In this document: one piece after another, positions 1 through 6,044 of the stretch
How positions within the stretch are numbered: position 1 is the first letter of the stretch
Layout of the letters: the number at the start of each line of letters is the position of its first letter
Virus record (IMG/VR): IMGVR_UViG_3300020020_000100
Location: 1 to 38,080 of that record
Origin: a virus
Taxonomy: Duplodnaviria; Caudoviricetes
Reading direction: 5' to 3' (one strand)
Length of the DNA stretch: 38,080 nt
Made by a program: the position numbers and the translations under genes
The notes under the pieces: model-generated
What the model saw: the letters and a program-made list of their open reading frames with translations, nothing else
What the model was told of the DNA's origin: nothing
The model's database searches: none

Positions 1-356
1 ATGCCGCCGCTATCCAGATAGTTCTGGAACAGCGAGCCGTCACCAATCGTATAGCCAGCGCCGACGACATCGTTGCCGAGCGTGACCTTGCCGTCGCCAT
101 TCGAGAAGGCGCTGATGCCGTCGATGTTACCGGCGTTCTTGTACCAGTTATAACCGAAGCCATCCAACTGCTGCGGCTGGTTTGCGCCGCAGATCAGGCA
201 GGGCTGGTTCTGTGGCTGGTTGCCGCCAGGTACTGTCGGGCTGAGGGTCAGATTGCCTGCGTTGCTCGTGTCCCAATCCAAGCCGCCAAGCGTGACGGCG
301 TTGGCACTCGTACTCATCAGCAGGGCGAGGGCTGCTGCCCCTAGAAACTTTTTCAT
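1..356 (-). CDS. Secreted protein with Sec signal peptide, possibly PEP-CTERM/VPLPA-CTERM type (3' end beyond window)
   Basis: Not in ORF track because there is no stop in the window. Hand translation from ATG 356: MKKFLGAAALALLMSTSANA-VTLGGLDWDTSNAGNLTLSPTVPGGNQPQNQPCLICGANQPQQLDGFGYNWYKNAGNIDGISAFSNGDG... Classic signal peptide (KK, hydrophobic core, ANA), purine-rich RBS upstream, open to the window edge. The sorting signal is not visible. Confidence 0.75.
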   Translation of the reverse strand, partial: MKKFLGAAALALLMSTSANAVTLGGLDWDTSNAGNLTLSPTVPGGNQPQNQPCLICGANQPQQLDGFGYNWYKNAGNIDGISAFSNGDGKVTLGNDVVGAGYTIGDGSLFQNYLDSGG

Positions 357-410
357 GGCATTCCCCTATTTTGGGCCAAGCGCCCAGCACTTTGTAACAC
401 GAATTGCCCG

Positions 411-605
411 TCATGCATCCGCCTTGGCGCGGGCCTTCATGGCCTCGATGACCTTGCGCTTGGTCGCCTCGCGCGGCTCCCGGCCTGATCGAAGGTCCGA
501 GACAAAGCACGGATCACCCGCCATCTCGCGCCCGAAGGTCGTCGGCGACCAGCCTCGATCACGTAGGAACTGCTCTACACGGTTTTTGAACATTGTCAGG
601 GTCAT
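411..605 (-). CDS. Cro-like helix-turn-helix regulator
   Basis: 64 aa. FLRDRGWSPTTFGREMAGDPCFVSDLRSGREP matches small Cro/XRE-like proteins of alphaproteobacterial phages. First gene of the leftward arm. Confidence 0.75.
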   Translation of the reverse strand: MTLTMFKNRVEQFLRDRGWSPTTFGREMAGDPCFVSDLRSGREPREATKRKVIEAMKARAKADA

Positions 606-610
606 GCGCT

Positions 611-639
611 TAGGTAGACGCCTACGCTTTTTTTGTCAA
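611..639 (-). promoter_or_regulatory. Leftward sigma70-type promoter, likely giving a leaderless cro mRNA
   Basis: TTGACA (639-634), 17 nt, TACCTA (616-611); ATG lies 5 nt further on with no SD. Confidence 0.55.
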
Positions 640-655
640 TGTGCGAAAATATCTG

Positions 656-684
656 TTGACGGCATGTCAGACATATCCTACATG
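656..684 (+). promoter_or_regulatory. Rightward sigma70-type early promoter with palindromic operator candidate
   Basis: TTGACG (656-661), 17 nt, TACATG (679-684). The spacer contains the palindrome ATGTC-A-GACAT (664-674). Confidence 0.55.
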
Positions 685-710
685 GAAATCACCAACCAAG
701 GAGATTTCAC

Positions 711-962
711 ATGGCGATCTACGGCGAAGAGACAGGCGAGTTGTACCAGTGGTACGTTGAGGACTGCGAGCGGCAGCAGGACGCCATCGAGGCTGGCGGC
801 CCCCGTTCCGACCATCGCAGCCTGCGCGACCCGTTCGACGTTGAGGTGATCGAAGAGCCCCTCACATGGACACTGGAAGAGCAGCGTCAGGGCTACGCGG
901 AATGGAAGAGTGCCTTCGGCGCACTCCTTGCATCGGTCCGCGCCCAGAAGGCTCAATCCTAA
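711..962 (+). CDS. Hypothetical early protein (83 aa, acidic)
   Basis: Strong SD AAGGAG upstream; first gene after the rightward promoter. Confidence 0.7.
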   Translation: MAIYGEETGELYQWYVEDCERQQDAIEAGGPRSDHRSLRDPFDVEVIEEPLTWTLEEQRQGYAEWKSAFGALLASVRAQKAQS

Positions 963-963
963 A

Positions 964-1011
964 GATCGAAACCCTTCGGGGTCTAGCGGTGAGGCCGCTA
1001 CTGAAGAGATC
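964..1011 (+). ncRNA. Hammerhead ribozyme, type II
   Basis: GATC-GAAA-CCC-TTCG-GG-GTC-TAGCGG-TGAGG-CCGCTA-CTGAAGA-GATC. It has both core strands (GAAA, CUGANGA), a GUC cleavage triplet (981-983), stem III with a UUCG loop, a 6-bp stem I and an open stem II GATC/GATC. Fully intergenic. Confidence 0.9.
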
Positions 1012-1028
1012 AACCAAGGAAAACGAAC

Positions 1029-1157
1029 ATGAAGAAACTGATTTTCGCACTCACAGCCCTGACCGTTCTGGGCAGCGCCACAGCCTACGCCGCCAACTGC
1101 ACCACCCGCTGCAACTGGGTGTTCAAGACGTGGACGTGCACCGAGACTTGCTACTGA
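1029..1157 (+). CDS. Small exported cysteine-rich peptide (42-aa precursor)
   Basis: Below the ORF-track size cut-off. MKKLIFALTALTVLGSATAYA-ANCTTRCNWVFKTWTCTETCY*. SD AAGGA, signal peptide ending AYA, mature part with CxxxC...CxxxC. Confidence 0.85.
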   Translation: MKKLIFALTALTVLGSATAYAANCTTRCNWVFKTWTCTETCY

Positions 1158-1173
1158 TCAAATGGGGAAGAAG

Positions 1174-1210
1174 GGGATGCGGACCAAGGGTCCAACTTGG
1201 CTCGCATCCC
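1174..1210 (+). other. Intergenic stem-loop (processing or termination site candidate)
   Basis: GGGATGCG...CGCATCCC outer stem with inner CCAAG/CTTGG; no strong U-tract. Confidence 0.4.
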
Positions 1211-1245
1211 ACTCACTTCGCTTTCAACCAAGAAAGACGACCATT

Positions 1246-1539
1246 ATGCAGCACATACACGTCGCCAGCAAGTCATACCGTCCCGGCCAGGAGGCCGGCT
1301 ATGTCGTGCTGGTCGACGGCCGATATTACAAGGTCAACGCGACGACGCTGGACTATCTCCGCGCCGGCCGCACGCCAGCTTGGTGTGGGCTGGAGCCCTA
1401 CACGAACGAGGAGGAACGCGAAGAGCGCGATCCCGATCAGGAGCGCCAGGAGCGCGAAGAAGACCGCGCGGACCAGGAATACGAGGCGCGCAGGGATGAA
1501 GAACTGGAATGGGAAAGAGACAGGGAGCAGGACCGATGA
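1246..1539 (+). CDS. Hypothetical early protein with highly charged E/R/D-rich C-terminus
   Basis: In frame with ORF 1162..1539; start moved to ATG 1246, after the hairpin. ATGA overlap with the next gene. Confidence 0.7.
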   Translation: MQHIHVASKSYRPGQEAGYVVLVDGRYYKVNATTLDYLRAGRTPAWCGLEPYTNEEEREERDPDQERQEREEDRADQEYEARRDEELEWERDREQDR

Positions 1540-1766
1540 GCGACTATAGCAAGCTCGAGGCTGAGGCCAACCGCCTCGCGCAGGAACTCGACCTTCGGCA
1601 GAGCGAACTCCGCCGCGCGCGCGCCGCTCTGGAGGAATGCCTCGAGTATTTCCAGGAGCGCTATGACGGCGAAACCTTCTCAGACGGCACAGTCAGCCGC
1701 AATGCCGAAATGCGGCTCGGCCAGATGGTCGAGGAAGCGCTCGGCCGCGGTGGTCGCTATGGATGA
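1536..1766 (+). CDS. Hypothetical coiled-coil protein
   Basis: ATGA coupling, SD GGAG, helical heptad pattern. Confidence 0.7.
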   Translation: MSDYSKLEAEANRLAQELDLRQSELRRARAALEECLEYFQERYDGETFSDGTVSRNAEMRLGQMVEEALGRGGRYG

Positions 1767-1953
1767 CCTCTCTGCTGCCGTCAGCGCCGACAATGAATAC
1801 CGCGCCCGCAGCGCCATCCGCGCCCTGCTCGATGAGCACGCTGTGCCTTCGGAGCCTGACAGTTACCTGGCCGTCCAACTGAAACTCTCGCTGTGGCTGG
1901 AAGAAGAATACAAGCGTTTCTGGAGCGTCAACCCGAAGGATAATACCCCATGA
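1759..1953 (+). CDS. Hypothetical protein (64 aa)
   Basis: MDDLSAAVSADNEYRARS...; overlaps both neighbours in operon fashion. Confidence 0.6.
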   Translation: MDDLSAAVSADNEYRARSAIRALLDEHAVPSEPDSYLAVQLKLSLWLEEEYKRFWSVNPKDNTP

Positions 1954-2693
1954 GTGAGAACACAAAGTACTGGGATCTTCTGGCCCGCACAGATCCAAAG
2001 CACACGAAACAATTCACGCGCGGCGGCGGTTTCAAGGGAACGGCCATCAAACCGATATGGTCTTACAAGCGCATGACCGAGGAGTTCGGCCCGTGCGGCG
2101 CGGGCTGGGGCGTCTGGGCGCCAAAGTTCGAGATTGTGCCCGCAGGTGAGGAAATCCTCGTCTTTTGCACAGTGACTGTCTGGTATCTCATCCCCGACGA
2201 CGAGGAAGTAAAAGAAGTCATGGGGGTCGGCGGCGACAAGGTTCTGGGCAAGAACAAGTTCGGCCTATCGACCGATGATGAGGCATTCAAGAAGGCGTTT
2301 ACGGACGCGATCACGAATGCCTTGAAGATGATCGGCGTCGGCGCTGACGTTCACATGGGCATGTTTGAGGACAACAAACACGTTCGCGAGATGGAGCAAG
2401 AGTTTGCTCCAGACCAGCCGCACAAATCATCCGCCTCCCTGAAGCGCGAAAGCTCATGGCCGCAGTTCGCCCCGGAACTCGCCGAGGTGTCGAACGAGGT
2501 CCAGTTGCAAAACTTCATTGCCGCCTGGCGCAAGATCGCCATCGACGAGGCTTGGAATCTGTCGTTCAAGGAAACCGCAAAAGACCTCATTGACGGCAAG
2601 CGGGCCGAACTGGCCGCCAAGGTGGCGCCCGACGACGACACCTTCCCCGGCGACAAGCCGAACGCCTACGAGGGCGCTTTCCGGGCCGGCTGA
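1950..2693 (+). CDS. Rad52/Sak-family single-strand annealing recombinase
   Basis: MTEEFGPCGAGWG and DDEAFKKAFTDAITNALKMIGVGADVHMG resemble the Rad52/22 fold signature; adjacent to ninB. Confidence 0.75.
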   Translation: MSENTKYWDLLARTDPKHTKQFTRGGGFKGTAIKPIWSYKRMTEEFGPCGAGWGVWAPKFEIVPAGEEILVFCTVTVWYLIPDDEEVKEVMGVGGDKVLGKNKFGLSTDDEAFKKAFTDAITNALKMIGVGADVHMGMFEDNKHVREMEQEFAPDQPHKSSASLKRESSWPQFAPELAEVSNEVQLQNFIAAWRKIAIDEAWNLSFKETAKDLIDGKRAELAAKVAPDDDTFPGDKPNAYEGAFRAG

Positions 2694-3082
2694 TGTGCGC
2701 GCAGTACGTGAGATTAGTCGGCGCCTCCCAGCGGGCGCTCGCCAAGGCGCTGATTGATCGGGCGCCGCTGAACTCGATGGTGAAGATCAGCGAGGAAAAG
2801 CGCTCGCTGGATGCCAATGCGGCCATGTGGGCAGCCCTCTCCGACATTTCGCGCGCAAAGCCGGACGGCCGGATGCATGTTCCAGAGGTTTGGAAGTCTC
2901 TGTTCCTCCATGCGGCAGGTCATGCTGTTCAGTTCGAGGAAGGCTTGGACGGCAGACCGTTTCCTGTGGGATTCAGTTCGTCTCGGCTTTCAAAGCAGCA
3001 GATGAGCGATTTGCTCGACTTCATATTTGCATGGGGCACCGAGCGCGGCGTCGTATTCACAGACAACAGGGATGCACGATGA
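2693..3082 (+). CDS. ninB: NinB/Orf-family recombination mediator
   Basis: KRSLDANAAMWAALSDISR ... WKSLF ... SSSRLSKQQMSDLLDFIFAWGTERGV are typical NinB motifs. Confidence 0.85.
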   Translation: MCAQYVRLVGASQRALAKALIDRAPLNSMVKISEEKRSLDANAAMWAALSDISRAKPDGRMHVPEVWKSLFLHAAGHAVQFEEGLDGRPFPVGFSSSRLSKQQMSDLLDFIFAWGTERGVVFTDNRDAR

Positions 3083-3429
3083 TGGCCGAGGACGACGAAC
3101 TGGACGATCTTTTCGCGCTGCACCGGACGGAGATTGTCCGGCTCAAGGCTGACCTCGCCGAAGCGCGGGCGCAGATCGCGTTCAAGGACAAGGAGCTTGC
3201 AGCGGCATCCGATATGACTGCCGAGGCACACCGAAAAGCGGTCGAGTTCAAGGCGCAGATCGCGGCAAAGGATGCGGCGCTGCGGCCTTTCGCTGATGAC
3301 GCGGCGCGGCTGCGCAACTACCCCGACGACTACCCATACAGCCTGCCGACCACGCCTATCACTGTGGGTGACTTACGACGGGCCTTTGCCGCACTCGCCG
3401 CGCCAGCACGGAGACGGAGTGATGGCTGA
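3079..3429 (+). CDS. Small coiled-coil protein, array member 1
   Basis: ATGA overlap with ninB; contains LKADLAEARAQIA and AQIAAKDAAL. Confidence 0.7.
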   Translation: MMAEDDELDDLFALHRTEIVRLKADLAEARAQIAFKDKELAAASDMTAEAHRKAVEFKAQIAAKDAALRPFADDAARLRNYPDDYPYSLPTTPITVGDLRRAFAALAAPARRRSDG

Positions 3430-3658
3430 TCCGCTGGAACTGCAAGGGGACATCGCCAAACTACACAATCAGATTGATGATCTTCAAGCCGACCTCGCCG
3501 AGGCGCGGGCGCAGATCGCCACTAAGGATGCGGCGCTGAGGATGACGCGCGTCTATGTCCAGCGAGCTGTCAATCAGTTCTACAACACCGAAGCTGCGCA
3601 GGAAGACCTAGCCGCAATAGACGCAGCTCTCGCCACGCCAGCACGGGAGGCGGAGTGA
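3422..3658 (+). CDS. Small coiled-coil protein, array member 2
   Basis: SD GGAG; contains LQADLAEARAQIATKDAAL. Confidence 0.7.
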   Translation: MADPLELQGDIAKLHNQIDDLQADLAEARAQIATKDAALRMTRVYVQRAVNQFYNTEAAQEDLAAIDAALATPAREAE

Positions 3659-3882
3659 TGGCCCGCGAGTGGGAACGCAACCAGATGACGCCTGAAAGCA
3701 TAGGGCGCTTGCAAGCCGACCTCACCGAGGCGCGGGCGCAGATCGCGGCCAAGGACGCGGCGCTGGTGCGACTGTACAGGCGTCTGCAAAAGGCAAATCG
3801 CGGTGGGCCGGTCGTCGTTTCCTACGATCCCGAACTCACCGAGGTGCAGGCGGCCCTCGCCGCGGCAAAGGAGACGGAGTGA
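3655..3882 (+). CDS. Small coiled-coil protein, array member 3
   Basis: GTGATG coupling; contains LQADLTEARAQIAAKDAAL. Confidence 0.7.
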   Translation: MMAREWERNQMTPESIGRLQADLTEARAQIAAKDAALVRLYRRLQKANRGGPVVVSYDPELTEVQAALAAAKETE

Positions 3883-4061
3883 TGGGCCGCTACGAAAACC
3901 TCATGGACCTTAACGTAGTCGGGCGCACCACCAAGATGATGCGGGTGGTTGACGCTAAGGGCTATCACCTGCGCTGGATCGAGGTGCCCGTCGATGAAAA
4001 AACCGCCGCGCTCAGGGAGGGCACGGCGGCTGAAAAGGACGATAGCAAGTCAGGAGGATAA
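3879..4061 (+). CDS. Hypothetical protein (60 aa), last array member
   Basis: Starts in the third copy of the junction repeat and ends at the RBS of gcrA. Confidence 0.6.
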   Translation: MMGRYENLMDLNVVGRTTKMMRVVDAKGYHLRWIEVPVDEKTAALREGTAAEKDDSKSGG

Positions 4062-4062
4062 C

Positions 4063-4515
4063 ATGGCGCTTTTGAAGGACGATGCAATGGGGAAGCCCAC
4101 CCAGGACGAAATAGACCAGATCGAGAAACTGCTGCTCACCCGCCAGCACAGCGCCAAGGCGATTGCCGATATGCTGGGCCGCACCCGCAACTCAATCGTC
4201 GGCATAATCTGGCGGACCCCGCACCTGCACGCGATCGGGCTTCCCGGCTCTGTGCCGGCACCGTTGGCGAAGGGGGCCGAAAAGCGCTACGCCACCGCTG
4301 AGCGCCGCCTGCGCTGGGCTCCACAGCGCGTAGGGGATCATCCGCGGCCGCTGACGCTGGTCCGGCTACAGCCGAGCCATTGCAAGTATCCCTTGTCCGG
4401 CGAGGGGGCGGACATGCTGTTCTGCGGCGCTGCGCGAACCCCGGAAAGCAGCTATTGCGCCAAGCATAGGGCGCTCTGCGTCACACAAACCCGCCGGCTG
4501 ACTGTCGCCGGATAG
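4063..4515 (+). CDS. gcrA: GcrA-family transcriptional regulator
   Basis: SAKAIADMLGRTRNSIVGIIWR N-terminal HTH and C-terminal LTLVRLQPSHCKYPL...FCGA...SYCAKH; SD AGGAGG. Confidence 0.85.
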   Translation: MALLKDDAMGKPTQDEIDQIEKLLLTRQHSAKAIADMLGRTRNSIVGIIWRTPHLHAIGLPGSVPAPLAKGAEKRYATAERRLRWAPQRVGDHPRPLTLVRLQPSHCKYPLSGEGADMLFCGAARTPESSYCAKHRALCVTQTRRLTVAG

Positions 4516-4536
4516 TCGCCGGATAGTCGCCGGATA
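4504..4536 (+). repeat. 3 x 11-bp perfect tandem repeat GTCGCCGGATA
   Basis: Read directly; spans the gcrA stop codon. Confidence 0.9.
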
Positions 4537-4553
4537 ACGAAAAGGAAACGAAA

Positions 4554-4934
4554 GTGGACACGACAGACTTCGAAAAAGAGATTGAAAAGGCCATGCAGGA
4601 GAAACCGATTGCTCCCTTCAAGCCGCGCATTGATGCCAACGCAAAGCCCGCACAGCAGGTATCCCTGGCAGAACAATGGGGGCTGAGTGAGAAAATCAGA
4701 CAAGAGCTTAGGGATCGACTTCGTAAGGAAAAAGCAAAAATCCTTACCGACCACGATACGCAATGGTTGGCGCTGCGTCATACCTATGAAGAGCGCATCA
4801 GCGACACCATTGCCGACATGCGGGCCGAACTGGCCGCTGAACAACGGCGACTCATAGAAGCCTACCAAGAGAAAACGAGAGAATTGGATCTGTTGTCCAA
4901 AAGGATCGAGGACGACGGTTATGGCTCATTGTAA
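4554..4934 (+). CDS. Hypothetical coiled-coil protein
   Basis: GTG start with SD AAGGA; charged helical sequence. Confidence 0.7.
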   Translation: MDTTDFEKEIEKAMQEKPIAPFKPRIDANAKPAQQVSLAEQWGLSEKIRQELRDRLRKEKAKILTDHDTQWLALRHTYEERISDTIADMRAELAAEQRRLIEAYQEKTRELDLLSKRIEDDGYGSL

Positions 4935-5361
4935 AATCGTCGGGTGCTTCCGCCCGATGATCGCGAAAGGCTTCTGCGATAACCACTGGCGCAGGCAGCG
5001 CTTGTACGGAGATCCCTTTGCGGGGCAGACAGGGTACGATGAAATCCCCAATTTCTTCGCCCGCCTCCTCTCCTCGTCGCCGTCAGACGAGTGCATCATT
5101 TGGCCTTTTGCGATCGATACAACGAATGGCTACGGCACCATCGGACCAAAAAAGTACGGGACCAAATACGCTCACATTTACGTCTGTGAAAAGGTCCATG
5201 GACCAAAGCCGACATCGAGAAGCATAGTCTGCCACGCCCCAATCATCTGCAACCAAAAGGCATGCGTTAACCCGAGTCATATCCGCTGGGGCACACGACG
5301 TGAAAACGCCTTGGACATGTTCCTCGACCGCAAACACGCAGCGGGAGAGACACATGGCTAG
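4921..5361 (+). CDS. HNH homing-type endonuclease with N-terminal Cys/His finger
   Basis: CKIVGC...GFCDNHWRR..LYGDP, CIIWP, AHIYVCE, CNQKACVNPSHIRWGTRREN. Confidence 0.85.
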   Translation: MAHCKIVGCFRPMIAKGFCDNHWRRQRLYGDPFAGQTGYDEIPNFFARLLSSSPSDECIIWPFAIDTTNGYGTIGPKKYGTKYAHIYVCEKVHGPKPTSRSIVCHAPIICNQKACVNPSHIRWGTRRENALDMFLDRKHAAGETHG

Positions 5362-5752
5362 AAGCGTTCCTGAGTGGGTCGGTGCGACCCATGACACCAA
5401 GATTCCCCCACGGGTCCGACAGCGTGTCTATGACGACCACGATGGATGCTGCGACATCTGCGGCGTCCACATGGGCGGCAAAAAGTGGGAGATTGACCAC
5501 ACCGTTGCGCTGAGCGGCGGCGGTCGCCACGCCGAGCGAAACCTGGTGCCGATCTGCATTCCCTGCCACAAGATCAAAACCGGGGACGATGTTTACAAGA
5601 AGGGTAAGATCGCCGCCATAAGGGCCGCCCACACGGGCGTCAAGCGCCCTACAGGCGATCTGAAGGGCAGGGGCTTCGATAAGGTAGCCCCGAAGGAGAA
5701 AACCCCTCAGCGGCCCTCCCTGCCGCCGCGATCACTCTATGCCAAGAAGTAG
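5354..5752 (+). CDS. HNH endonuclease
   Basis: CDICG...WEIDHTVALSGGGRHAERNLVPICIPCHKIKT; start ATG 5354 with SD GGAG. Confidence 0.9.
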   Translation: MARSVPEWVGATHDTKIPPRVRQRVYDDHDGCCDICGVHMGGKKWEIDHTVALSGGGRHAERNLVPICIPCHKIKTGDDVYKKGKIAAIRAAHTGVKRPTGDLKGRGFDKVAPKEKTPQRPSLPPRSLYAKK

Positions 5753-5753
5753 A

Positions 5754-6035
5754 TCACGGCTTTTGGCCCTTCATGAACTGGTCAACGACGCGCTCAAGCC
5801 GGGCAAGCCCACCCTCAATCTTCTGCTCCAAGACAGTGATGCGATTGTCGAACTTATTCATGCGGTCCACGGTATATTCGGCCCCGCGCGTCTCCATGAT
5901 GTAGACCCGCGTTTCCAGCTTCACCATGTAGGCAAGGATCGACGCCCCCGCAGCACCGAATGCGAGCATCTGCCCGACCAGAAAAACCACCAGCGTCGAG
6001 TTCTCGCGCACCCAACTGGTCGGCTCACTGACCAC
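5754..6035 (-). CDS. Membrane protein, holin-like (one TM segment plus coiled coil)
   Basis: Hydrophobic stretch LVVFLVGQMLAFGAAGASILAYMV then coiled coil; last gene of the late arm, near the endolysin. Confidence 0.55.
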   Translation of the reverse strand: MVSEPTSWVRENSTLVVFLVGQMLAFGAAGASILAYMVKLETRVYIMETRGAEYTVDRMNKFDNRITVLEQKIEGGLARLERVVDQFMKGQKP

Positions 6036-6044
6036 CGCACTAGG

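Larger units (their letters stand above)
3141..3885 (+). repeat. Two families of interspersed direct repeats
   Basis: Repeat B (CAAGCCGACCTCGCCGAGGCGCGGGCGCAGATCGC...AAGGATGCGGCGCTG) at about 3144-3180, 3252-3282 (partial), 3485-3538 and 3712-3765. Repeat A (CTCGCC...GGAGRCGGAGTGATGG) at 3388-3425, 3623-3661 and 3850-3885. Confidence 0.9.

Noticed and set aside
148-849. ORFs 148-510 (-) and 220-849 (+)
   Set aside because: They overlap the signal-peptide gene, cro and the promoter region in other frames; Arg/Ser-rich with no motifs.
3141-3885. Repeat array as a CRISPR or DGR
   Set aside because: Repeats are coding and irregularly spaced, there are no cas genes or reverse transcriptase in the window, and mismatches are not adenine-specific.
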